Below are positions 16,701 to 29,100 of a stretch of DNA of 64,000 nucleotides, piece after piece. A program made the translations under genes and the position numbers. The first letter of the stretch is position 1. Each line of letters begins with the position of its first letter. A model generated the notes under the pieces. The model worked only from the letters and a program-made list of their open reading frames with translations, did no database searches and was not told the DNA's origin. The stretch comes from Lama glama (lineage: Eukaryota): the NCBI GenBank assembly GCA_028534125.1, contig CM052821.1, forward strand, positions 56,978,001 through 57,042,000. The letters run 5' to 3'.

Positions 16701-18951
16701 CAGGCCTTCCCCCACGGCTCCCCTGAAATCCCAGCCGTGAGTGGTCAGAGCAGAGCAGAGAAGAGCGGCCTCCGTGCCAGGCACAACCTTCACAGTGTTG
16801 ACCATTAAGCAAACCTGCCCTGGGCACAGGGAAGCCCAGGCAGACAGGTCTCAGCCAGGTTGCCCTCTGGGGTTGAGTGGGTGTAATACTGCAGGGGAGT
16901 AACCGGGAGAGTCAGAGCCTGGCAGGTGGAGCCGGGCAGAGCTTCCAGACAGTCCTGACTTTAGAACAGAAAGGAGGGTGGTGGCCGTGGGTGCAGGGCT
17001 GCGGCTGGCTGGGCAGGGCCACCCACGGGATTTCAGATATTTGTTCTCACTGCGCCGCGCGTTCTCAGTGTCATCTTGCAGGGAGGTGAGGAAGACTGGG
17101 CCAGGAGCACGGGTGGCAGGCCCTGCAGGTGCGAGGATGGGGCACGGATGGCGGTGATGCAGAAGAGCTGCCTATGAGCCCTGAGCCCTGGGCCCCGCCC
17201 CAGCCTCGTCGTTTTCCACTCTCTACTGTGATTGCCTGCCATCCCTAAATACTAAGATCCCACCCTGACTCCATGTCCATTGTCCCTTCTTCAGAGGTCC
17301 AGGCCACCCCCTTTCTGGCCTTGCACTGGCCTCCTGCACTTCTGAGGTCAGAATGAATGCCCTAAAACGCTGTCTGGCTGTGTCACAGGGGCCACGTGAC
17401 CGGGGGTGGTTCATGCTCTTAGCAGGCAAGCAGGGTGTGGTCTTGCACTGTCTTCTGCAACCTGGAAGGAAAGGCCGTCAGGGCCGCCTGCCCCTCTGCC
17501 CCTGCCTTTCCCCAGTCCCACCACTTTGGGAGGAAAATGGGAAGTGGAAACAGAGGGACAGTCACCCCTTGGTTTCTCAGCATTCTGACCACTCAAGGCT
17601 GGCCTGTCCACCCTCTGCACCCAACATCCATGCCCAGTTTCACCCCTTCACTGGTCCTGTGGAAGGACAGCTCCCTGCCCCCATTCACAATCTTGTGCTC
17701 CAAAGGGGGAGGGGACCCCACCTGTTGGACCGGCACCAAGGGGCGGTCTCAGGTCTCACAGACTCTTCCCCATTTTCATGCCTGGCTGCCAGTGGGGAGG
17801 AGGCAGTAGTGGCCTACAGGGGTTCAGACTAGAAACCAGGCCTCCAGCTTCCCACTTATCTTGCCCGCCAGGGACAACACTCCCAGACTGCGCCACCCCG
17901 GTTCTGGTTTTGCAGTTCTTTGTTCAGATTTCCTGACTAGCTGGGCCTCTGTGAAGGGGGAAACCTAGTGTGGGCCATGGCACAGTCTTTTCAGGGGTCC
18001 CTGGGGTGCAGATGTCAGTTGTTGGCCTTGTACCCCTTCCAGGTGTGAGATACTTACTCTTGTTCATTGTGGCTTGAAATTGGCTGCCCCCGTACAGGGT
18101 GACATATGACTGAGGCTGAGCCCACTGAGACAGCCACAGTGGCTTGCCCCAAGTAGAGGAGACACAGGCTGGGGTTGCCTGCCACCAGCAACTCCAATGC
18201 CTGAGAATAAAGCAGAACATGTTGGGAAGCAGGTCACATGAAACCCAGATATGTGAGCACCTGGATCCAGCCATATCTGAAGCTGGGCCTTCACTTCCTT
18301 GTTATGGAGTCGCTAAATCCCTCTTCTGCTAGGGTCAGTATTCTTGGAGCACAAGAGCTCTCTCAGAGAAGGCCATTTCTGCCCCTTTACTGCTGTGTCC
18401 CCAGTGCCCAGGACAAGACATGTTGAATGAACAAGTGACAAGCCCAACACACTCATGTTGCATGTGTGTATGCACATATGTGCTCATGGCACGTGTGCTT
18501 GATGGCCACAGGGTGGCACATCTCTCATGGCTCCTGCCTTGCGTGCAACTTGGGGATTGGGAGCAATCCCCCTCCCCTATTGCTTGACTCTGAGACAGCC
18601 CCCTCCCTCCCACATCACCAAACTTGCCCCTCGCCCTCAGGTACACAACCCTTGGATCCTACTTATGTCCTGAGTCATCCTGGGATGGTTCATGGGACCC
18701 AGGAGGAGCCAACCCTAATGGCCCCACAGCCTTGAGCAGGGAGATACAGGGCCCTCTCACCAGGAGCCACCCATGCCCAGTGGGGGCTACACACAGTAGG
18801 GGCTTACTAAATGTGTGCTAGGTGGACCAAACCTGTGAGGTTCAGGAAGGTCCCTGAGAGCTCAAGTTCCAGAGAGCTCATGCCATGCCCACCCCTGCCA
18901 CCAGGGGCTCCCAGCAGCCCAGCCCAAGAGGAAGGGAAGACAAGGATGCAG

Positions 18952-18965
18952 CCACCAGATGGCGC
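18952..18965 (+). promoter_or_regulatory. CTCF core motif CCACCAGATGGCGC between the PLXNB2 3' end and MAPK11
   Basis: Full match to CCASYAGRKGGCRS. Confidence 0.65.
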
Positions 18966-19361
18966 CCAAGCTAGCCCAACCTGCCACCAGGCGGGACTGC
19001 CTCCCCGCCCCCTCCAGAACCACTATCTGCTCCAAGATCGCTTTCAGGCCTGGAGCGCCACCCAGCTCCTCCCCAAATCCCAGACCTCACCTCCCAGCCC
19101 TTGACACCACCCTGTTCTTCTGGGGCAGCAGGGCAGGTGTGGACTGAGCTGATGGCTATGAGCAGGCCTGGCCCAGGGAAGTGAGGGACTGTGAGGTGTG
19201 GGATACAAGGCACACAGGCCCCGAGGGTGAGCTTGTAGGGCAGACAGTGAACAGGAAGGGAGGCCATGAGGACAGGCCCAGGAATGGGGACAAGAGAACA
19301 GGGACAGCAGATCCATAGCCCTAGGAGGAACCCAGCCAACCAGCAGAGTGAAAAAGACAGC

Positions 19362-19367
19362 TGTATT
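19362..19367 (-). terminator. Probable non-canonical PLXNB2 poly(A) signal AATACA with two upstream TGTA motifs
   Basis: Only AT-rich island downstream of the stop: TTTTTGTAAATCGTGTTAATTGTAAATCAAATACAGCTGTCTTTTTCA; no AATAAA nearby. Confidence 0.55.
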
Positions 19368-19628
19368 TGATTTACAATTAACACGATTTACAAAAAGGGC
19401 TGGGGGCTGTCCTGGCGGAGCTGGTCCTGGCCACCCCAGACCTAGGCAGGGCCTCCAGGTCAGCCTGTCTGACAGGCTGAGACCAGGACCCCAGTCTGCT
19501 GGGCCTCTTCTGGCCGCCTGGGCCTCGACGTCTGACGTCCAGCTTGACCTTTGAGGTGGGGCCTGCAGCACAGAGTCTACTCAGAGTGCCAGCGCCCCGC
19601 GGGGCAGGCCAGCGAGGTCAGGAAGGCA

Positions 19629-19919
19629 TCGTACCGCTTTTCTGCCCCCCATCCTGGCAAGGCAGACAGACACAGTCTGGGCACTAGGTCCTGGGGGCCG
19701 CAGGCACTCAGACCCCGTCCAAAGAGGCCAAACCCAGGTATCTGAGGCGGCTGCTGGTGCTCGAGGAGGGGGGCTGAGGCCCGACTGCCCCCAGCAACCC
19801 AGCAGGTCGCCGGGGGCGTAAGGCACGTTTTCAAAATCACTCAGGAAACTTGACTGGAGACACCTGATGCTGGTTCTGCAGGAGGGAGCTGGTGCTGGTG
19901 GGCGCCCGGCACTATTGCT
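19629..19919 (-). promoter_or_regulatory. miRNA seed sites in the PLXNB2 3'UTR: miR-126-3p 8mer CGGTACGA (19629-19636), miR-124 8mer GTGCCTTA (19819-19826), miR-137 7mer AGCAATA (19913-19919)
   Basis: Exact reverse-complement matches to the known seeds. Confidence 0.7.
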
Positions 19920-20119
19920 CAGAAAGATGCTGTGTGGCTAGAAACACTGAGGTTGGGGCTCCCCCGCCGCACACACACTTGGAAGCCCAGGGGCTCTTCC
20001 TCTGCTGGAGAGAGAAGGGCTGAGCTGCTGACTCAGCCTCACTCCCCAGGGGCTGCCCAACGCCTGGCACTGGGCAGCACACACCTGTGCCTGAAGACCG
20101 TGATGGTGGAGGTTGGAGA

Positions 20120-23100
20120 TCAGAGGTCGGTGACCTTGTTCTCAAGTGCAGCTGCAATCTGCTGGAGGCGGAAGGCCAGCTGCATCTTCTGGGCGGTGGG
20201 ATCCTCCTCCAGGGCGTTGATGATCTTGGGGGCAGGGGGCATCGTGTCAAACCACGGCCGGGGAAGGGGCTGCCTGAGCACTGCCATCCCCGGAGGACCA
20301 GACCCCTACCTCATCGTAGTACTTCTGCGTGTACTGGCAGAGCTGGTGCAGGGCCACGAGGGTGTTCAGGGAGTCCGTGTGTGCCTGGGAGGATGGGGAG
20401 GGCTATGTGACCCCACGGGCAGGAGGCCATTCCCCACGGGAGCAGGGAGCTGTGACAGTGGCACCATGCAGGCGGGCCCTACTATCAGAGCACTCAGGCA
20501 CACAGGGTGCCGTGGACAGACAGACTGCCATCCACGTAGACACACGGCAAACAGGGCTGGTCCAGAGCAGCTCACAACCTCCCCACCACCCAACCCAGCA
20601 CACCTGGTCAGACACAGGTGCCAGCCCCTCTGGTCCCAGCTCTGTTCTCTCTCCTGTAGGCACAGCCTCACCCGGCCCCGCAGTGTGGTCTCCTGCCCCA
20701 CTCAGAGGAGGCCTTCAGGGCCGGGTGGAGGGTAACCCCAGGGGTTAGTATGCCCTGTGCCCCCTTACCCGGGAAATCTCTGCCAAGTGTGTGTTCATGT
20801 CCTGGTCGCTGACCTGCACCATCTGTCTGATCCCCTTGTAGTAGCTGTGGAGGAGGGGGAGTTACAAGGAGGGGAGGGTCAGTGGTTCCCAGAAGCAGGA
20901 CCTGAAGCTACCCCTGGGGCCCTCCTTCTGATCACAGCCTGCACCACCCCGGTCCCCTCTGGGTGGGGGTTGAGGGTGGGCAGCCAGGGTCTGGCCAGCG
21001 AGGTAGGGGTCACTCACTCCTCCACCATCTTCTTGTAGGTGGAGATCTCCTTGGCGTAGAGTAGCTTGTTGCTGGGAGAGTCCTGTGGGGGTTGGAGCCA
21101 AGTGATGCCTAGGCCAAGATGGCTGGTGCCCCTACCCTCGGGCCCTCACCTGCTCAGGACACCGAGAGGAAGGGGGGGTGCAAGGGGCAGGGTCCAACTG
21201 GGTAGGTGCCCCAGCCCGGCCATAGACCTGAGAGGAACTCCTTGTGCTTTTGTCATTTTGTAATCTGTAGTAAAACTCACTTTTTCTTTCCCACGGGAGG
21301 GGAAGGAGAACAGGGTCCGAGGCTGCCAGATGGGCCACTCCCCAGGGGACCTCCCAAGCTTTGCCTCCCATAGCCCAGGTACCCCACACCCGCCTCCCTT
21401 GTTCCAGCCCCAAATGTGCAGATCCACATCCCAAACCTCCTGGCATGTCCCAAACTGCCTTCCTCACCCCCATCACAACCATGTTCCCTGCCCCCTCCCG
21501 ACACTTCCCAGTCCAGCCCTGTTCCCACCACCCCGTCTAAAGCGCGCACTCACGCGGCTCAGCTTGTGCTCTGTGCGTGTGCAGGCGTCCATGAAGGTCT
21601 GCGCGATGACTGACAGGGAGGCATCCACCACCTCGTGGACATGGACGTCAAAGATGAAATGGGGGTTCTTGAGGATGTTCACCCAGAACCGGAGGGGTAA
21701 ACTGAGGCAGGACGACAGGACAACAGGGAGTGAGGGGCCGCTGAGACCCTGGAGCAGGGCGGGCAGTGGGACGGAGCCCCCACCTGTTGGTCTTCCAGAT
21801 GTGGATGGTGTCCTCATCCTTGATGTCATGCTTCTCCGCCTGCTCGTCCAAGAAGTCGAAGAAATACTTGACAGCGGGCGGCACGGCGAGCCCAGGCGCT
21901 AGCACGCTCTGGAAGAAGTTGTCCACGAACTGCTGCAGCGTGCCCTGTGGGGCAGGAAGGGGGCTCAGCACGCAGGCCGGTGCCTCCCGGGGCTGCCGCC
22001 CACACCCTCCACACCCACCTTGACCGAAAGCAGGCGCGTCAGGTAGATCTCGGTGATGGCCTTGGTGCGTTCCTTCTCCTTCATGCTGCCACGCTTGGAC
22101 TTGCCTTCATCCACCTCGTCCGCTGGCCGCACGAGGTGCCACACTCGGTTCTCCTCCTCCAGGAGCGCATGGCCTGTGGGGAGCGGGCGCTGGAGGATGA
22201 GGGCTGGAGCCCAGGTCCGGGGTCCTGTGCTAGGCTCAGCAGCTCCCCCCAGATGGCAACCAGGTGGACACTGGCTCACAATGGCCTCCAGAAGCCAGAA
22301 GAGTAGGGACAAGAAGAAGGGACTCACGCTCCCCAGGGAGGTCCTGCTGGCTGTCCTCAGGTTGCTGGGAGACCCCCACCTTGGACAGGATGAGCGTGGC
22401 TCCATCCCGGACCTGGGGAACACAGTCATGAGGGCAGGCCTCCTGCCGCGATCTCAGCAGGAAACCCGGCCCCCCACGCCCGCACTCACGTTGTAGTGCA
22501 TCAGCGTGTTGATGCGCCTCCAGCGGCCCTCCCGCTGAGAGGTCAGGTCCAGGTCTGACAGGATCTGGGCTGTGGACCCAGGACGCCACTCTGTGGGAGG
22601 ACATGGCCCAGCTCCGGGAACCCGGCCACAGACTGTCCCACCCGGACTCCCTCTTGCTGACCTCCCACTCAACCCGGCCGACCAGGGTTCCAAAGGCAGC
22701 ACCCTTCCAGGGCACAGGCACACAGGAACTGCTCACCGAGGACCACACTGTCAGCCTTGGGCCAGCGGGAGCAAGGCTGCGTGCGGTACACCTGGTCGAT
22801 GATCTTCTCCTTGACCTGGGAGATGGTGTCACAGTTGAGGACCTTGACGGGGATGGCGTCGACCCCTTCATCCTGGACGATCACGTTCACTGTCTGCCAG
22901 GGGTGACAATGACAGGCCAGTTGGGGACGGCCCCTTGCCCTCACTTGCCACAGACGCAGGAGCAGCCTTGGGCCTCCTCTGATGGCTACACCCTCAGGTT
23001 GGCAGGGCAGGGGAGGGGGTATAGGTCCTGAGCCCTCCCAGCACCCAGGGCCTGACCCTGTGCTGCCTGGCCTGGCTCAGCAGGACAGATGGCAGAGGAA

Positions 23101-26100
23101 CAGCTCAGGGGACTGCTCGCTCCCAGGTATCACATGATACACAGTTATCACGGGAGCGCACGCACAGACCACACGGCCCAGACAGCCCGGCCTCCCCCGG
23201 AACCCAGTGCTCTGGTGTCTCGTGGCCCCGCCCTGTGCCCAGTGAGCATGCGCTCACCACCACACACTTGGTGTGCCCAGGTCCCACACACGCTGCAGCA
23301 GGCCAGGCACCCAGGAGGCAGATGGCTTGGGGTCATGACACTTACAGCCTCTCTAAGGACCAAGCCTGCTGAGGTGCCAGGACCCGGACCCTCCCTGGAC
23401 ACGACTGGGCCCAGCACAAGGGAATATGTTCTCATGCAAGTCCATGAAGGAGGTGAAACGAGCACAGCTTCTGGTCGGGAGGCTGGCCTGGAGCCTGGCC
23501 CTGAGGTCTCCCAGCAGCCCACCTGGCCCCAGGCGCTCACCAGGGGTGCGTACTCCACGTCGTCCCCTAGCAGCCCCGTGTCATTGAGGGTGTACTTGGC
23601 TTTCTTCTGCACGGCGTCCACTGGCCCCTTCTCCACCTGATGCTTGATGGCCTTGAAGAGCTTGTAAAGCGGCTCGCCAGCGCTGTCCTGGAGCAACGCA
23701 GGGTAGCGGAGCCTTGGACGGGACTGACCCATGCCAGGGCAGGGAGCAAACCCATCCAGGTGGACACAGGGGGTGGACTTTGTGGGCTACAGTGCCACCT
23801 CACCCCACCCCACCCCACAGCTAGGCCTGTGAAACCCACCTTGAGGTACTGGTACAGGCAGATAGACATCCAGTTAGACAGCATCCTCTCCACCACCGTC
23901 TCAGACCTGGAGGTGCAGACGCCTTGAACTGAGCAACCCTTCACTGCCCCTAGGACCAGCCTGCTCTTCCAAGTACCCAGACCACTTCCATTTGCAGCCC
24001 AGCCTCCACCCAGGCCCTGGGCCTCCACTGGGATGTACACTACAGCCTGCAGTGACCAATCTCCCAGGTCCCCGAGGGTGGCCATTTCATCCTTCTCCCC
24101 ATCCTACAGAGGGCCGATGACAATGGAGCTAGTGACCAGCAAGGACCACCTGCTAGAAGGGACGCTACTCCTGCCTCCCCCCTCCCCACTCACTTGCACT
24201 GGCGGCACCAGCCCACAAACCAGGTACACAGACAAGCCCGTGTCACCTCACTGCCACCCCCGCGGCCTCTGCCCTTCCCCACACACCTGCGCAGCATCAG
24301 CTTAGGGTTCTTGGCCACCACGTACTGCTCCATGAGCTCCAGGAAGAGCGTGCGCATGATGTCCGTGTAGTACTCCAGCTTCCCGTGCAGAGCCACAGTC
24401 AGCAGCGACGCAAAGTAGACCTTGGCACGGGCTGAGAACTCACGCTGGTTCTCCAGGGTGTGGATGAACTACAGGGGCGCGGGTCGGAGCCCATCAGGCA
24501 CAGAGGGCAGCGTCCCCAAGCTGCGAGCTCCGCTCAGCTCTGCTCGCCCCAGACACCTCGCCCTCTTGTAGCCCTGCTCCGCGATCCCCGCCCCGCCATG
24601 GAGCCCCGCCCCCCGTGACATCACAGTCCCGCCCCGCTCACGTTGATGAGGAAGCATTTGCTGTTGAGCAGATTGGAGAACTGGTAGAGCGCCTGCTCCA
24701 CGACCTGCCGCCGTGACTCAGGGATGTCCAGCTTGCCCGTGATCATCACATCCTTGTCGCCGTCCTTCGAGGGCAGGAAGAAGACGCGGTCGGTGTAGGT
24801 CTTGTAGTCCAGCACGGGGATGCCCGCCTCGTGCACGTCGTTCGTCTGGTCCTCCATCTCGATCATCAGGTCTGGGGGGAGGCCGGGGTGAGGCGTCTGG
24901 GCCCCGCCCTCCTCCGCCCCTCCCGGCCCTCCTCCAGCGCTCCAGCCCGAGCCCACTGGACCCCCACCCGTGAACTCCTTCTTGCAGCGGTCTCGCACGC
25001 TCTCCTCCAAGCCCTCCAGCTGGGACTTGATCTTCTCGTACTCGCGCTCCGCCTGCTGGCTCTTCCTCCTGGGGGCACAGGGAAGCTCCTGGGACCTGGC
25101 CTGGGTTGTGCCCGCTGGTGGGTGTGGCCAGAGGGGCTGAGGCTACGGGGGAGGGGCTCACCAGTAGCAGTAGACAGACACAGCGATGACAGCCACCATG
25201 GGCACGATGACCAGTGGCAGGATGAGGCTGAGTGGCACATCACTCACACGCGTGTCATACTCCACGCGGCCCAGCACCCACTCCCTGGAGCCAAACTTCA
25301 CCTGCATTGAGAGGTGGACTGAGCAAGGGCAGATGTGTGGCTAGGACCAGGAAACCCAGAGCCACCACCAACACACCTCCAATGCTCCCCACGCCCTCCT
25401 CCCTGGCCGGGCTCAGCCCTGGCTCCTCCCCTACCCGACACGCACAATGAACTCAGGCAGGTTGTGGGTCGTGTCCCGCTTCTGCCGCCGCTTGGGGGGA
25501 GGCTGCACCTCCGGGGGCTCACAGTACAGATCCGTCTCTGTCAGCGTCTTCATGATGCAGCGCTCGGCACCCACGAAGGCCTCAGCCTCGTGAAGAGTCA
25601 TTGCCTTGTTCAGATTAGTGCCCTGTGGGGGAGGGGGGTCACAGTGACCAGGGGCAGGCAGGGCTGCCTGGACCAGCTCAGCCCAGATCCCGAGCTGCTC
25701 CCCTACACATGCCCGCTCAGGGCCTGACCCCGGGGGGCTGCGCTGGTCCTCACCCGGGCGTGGATGAGCTTGTTGACCTGCTTCTTGACGCCCCCAGTGA
25801 AGTTCTCGAAGGTGGGGTCGGCGACGTACTCAAAGGCACCAGCCTCGGTCCTGAGCAGGGCGCGGTGCCCGTCCATCTGAACAAGTGCTGTGAGGTTGTA
25901 GGCCTCGGGCTCCTCGGGGACGGCCGGGGACAGGAACACAACCCTGGAGTCGTTGTAGAGCACATACTCCGTGCCCACCACCTAGGAGCCGAGGCAGGGC
26001 GGTGAGGCTCCTGGCACAGGCCGCACCCCTCTGACACGCTCCCCGCAGCCAGCACCGGGACTGACCGTCACGGGCTGCAGGGGCCCGGCCTCCCGCCGCC

Positions 26101-29100
26101 GCTGCCAGGACGGCAGGGGCTCGGCTATGACCACCATGGCGAACCGCTGGATCAGGCTGAAGCCTTGCCCGGTGACGTTGATGCTCCGGCCACCACTGGG
26201 GGACAGGGAGGGGCACCTGAGTGGGCATGACTGGGCCAAGGAGGTGCCCAGCCAGCTTCAGAGCAGGTGCCCTGCAAGGCGCTGTCTCATCAGCTCCCCA
26301 ACTCAACTCTGGCCACGTGGTGGCTTGCAGAGCGCGGGGCATGGAGTCCCCAACCCCACCCTGCTTTGGGGCACACATGCAGGTCTGTGTGAGCCCAGCC
26401 TGCTGCAGGGTTTGGATGTGCTCAGAGCTGGTGACAGGACAGCCACCGTGGACTGTCAGAAGCTGAACAAAGGGGTTTCTAGGGGGCAGTTGATTTGGGG
26501 GTACACTGGGGACTTTTGGAGGCCTCCTGCCACCCAGACCAGCTGCACCACATTTTCTTTCACAAGCCCAGTGGGCAAAGGGTGCCCCAGAAGTAGCTGG
26601 ATGGGACGGGTGTAGCAGGCAGTGTGGGAGTGGGGGCGCCTGTCGGGGGGGAGGGAGCGGCCACACCTGACAAAGCTCCGCAGCGGCTCGAAGGCCCGCA
26701 GCACGGGGTTCTCACGGTAGGTGAAGGTGACGCCAGCGCTTTCCACCTCGGAGCCCCCGTAGGAAATCTTCAGGGACAGCTCTCCCGGGACCAGCTGGGG
26801 GCCGGTGACACACTGGAGCTGCACCCCAAACTGCGTCCTGTGGGTGGGGATTGCCAGTCAACATCTACCCAACCCTGGGACCAACCAGTCCCAGGCCGGG
26901 GGTCTGTTCAGGACAGAGGAGCATTTGAGGTGTGTGCCATGGCCAGAGGGCCCCCACCCGGTCCCCAGGACCAGGGCAGATGAGGGATTCACCAGCCTGT
27001 GGGCGACACCCACACTTTACAAGGGACGTCGTTGAGGGTCACCCGCACATCTTCCTCAGAGCCTGTGTCCAGATGGGTACCGTTGATGGTCAGAGTGGTG
27101 CCACCCGCCTGTGGCCCCTGCTTTGGCTCCACACTGAGGGGCTGGGGCTGCTAGAAGGGCGACAGGTGTGTTTGGCTCAGGGTAGGGGCAGCAGGGCTGC
27201 TGCCCTTCCTCCCTCCCAGGCCTTGACAGGCAACAAATGTGGTCAGAAGGAGGCAGGGGCACAGCCTGGCCATCCCACAAGTCAGCCTGGGTCCCTCCAA
27301 GGCCAGATCCCATCCACATCTCCCACCAACCTGTGAGGCCCACCTGGGCCCCCAGACCAGGTACTTACCTGGTAGGTGAACTGGACGTGGGGAGGCGAGT
27401 GGCCGAGCTTCCCGCTGACGTCCACTTCGATGCCCCCTGTGCAGGGCTCCTTTGCAGCCTCAATGGCACACACAATCCTAGGCAGGGGGCGGGCAAGCGG
27501 CTCACTCTAGGGCCTCCCCAGGCCCTAGCGGGCTGGCACGTCAGCAGGTGTGCAAACCCTGGGCACCCATACACCTGGACCACGTCCTTCCTCTCCACCC
27601 CCGGTCACCTGGCCCCCCCGGGGTACAGACCGGCCTAGCCACTGGGGCCTGGCTGTGGGCTGTCCACTCACCGGGTGGACACGGAGTACCGTTCCGGCTC
27701 AAAGGCGCAGGTGCGGCCAGCCACAGTGACCCTCTTCACGTCGTCCGCTCTGACCCCCAAATTTGACCCAAGGATAGTGATGCGGATGCCCCCGCCCAGC
27801 GGGCCGGTCTCAGGCTGGATCTGAAATTGGCAGAGCCCAGCTGACCGGGGGCCTGGTGGGCTGGGATGTGCGGGTAGGCTGGAGCCCTGGAGTCCCTCCC
27901 CGCAGGGGCAGGGAGGGCGGCTCACCCTGGTGATGACGGGCGGTGGGCACTCGGAGGTGACGCTGCTGCACAGGGCCTCATACACGCACCTGCCCTGCCC
28001 GCCACACCACACACACTTGTAGGCAGGGTCGGCGGCCAGGCACAGGCTGCAGTCGCTGCGGCCGAAGGAGCAGTTGTACAGCGTGACTGTCGGGGGAGAA
28101 GCTGGCAGTCGGCAGGGCCGCCCTGCTCCCCACACCCCACAGCCCGGCTGCCTCCCTACCCACCTTGGAGCTTGCTGTCGATATTCTTGCCGTGGGACTT
28201 GACATACAGATGCAGGGGCAGTGTCTCGTTGGCGTCATAGGACAGCTGGGGGACACATGGGGACATGCTGCACTCCCTGCTCCCACCCAACCCCCAGAGG
28301 GTGACCACCACACCCACAATGGCCAGTGCTGTCCTCTTACGGCCAAGGGGCAGCGAGGGGAGGACTCCAGGAAGCTGGAAGCTGGACTCTCAGAGCTACA
28401 AAGGATTATGTTGATTCGAGGGAGATGGGAGGACACAGGGCTGCTCTGAGGTCACACCTGCTTGGCTGGCTGCCACTGCTTCCTCGGCAGGGCGGCATGG
28501 TGAGCCTCCCCCTGGCCCGACCCTTGGGGTCCAGCAGCCTGGCCTGCCCACCCTGAAAGCCATACCTTTGGGGTCTGAAAGTAGAAGGTTCCTGGCTCCT
28601 GAATGATGACTGGCTCCTCAAACTTGAGCAGGTCACTGCCTACATGCAGGGAGGAGCCCTGCCAGACAGGCTGGTCAGGATATCCTGGACAGGCCAGCCC
28701 GTCCCACATGCCCACCCCAGGCCCCACACAGCTCCCAGGTCAGCTCAGGCACTCTCATCCCAGCTGACTGCTCGGCCACTCCTGGACAGGCCACAGCATG
28801 GTCAACCCCAAGCTCACAGCCCTGCTCTGTCCCCTCCTAACCTCTCTGTCTCCTTTCTGCCTATGTTCTCGAGGCCCGTCCAAATGCCCTAGTGCCCTCC
28901 CAGACCTCCCTGAGTCCTCCATGTGCTGGGTCCTGAGCCAGGGGAAGCCTGGGTGGGGCCCCAGCATGCAGCTCCTGGTTGCAGGAGGATGCTCTGAACT
29001 AGCCCCACAGCTCTCCATCAGCCAGGCAGCACGGCCCCTGCTGGGACCCCCATGCCTGCCTGCACCGGTCAGTCCCTGTCCCCAGGCTGGGGTCCCACAG

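Noticed and set aside
20117-20122. Possible stop-codon read-through of PLXNB2 masking the PDZ motif
   Set aside because: Stop context is TGA-TCT, not the TGA-CTAG read-through motif.
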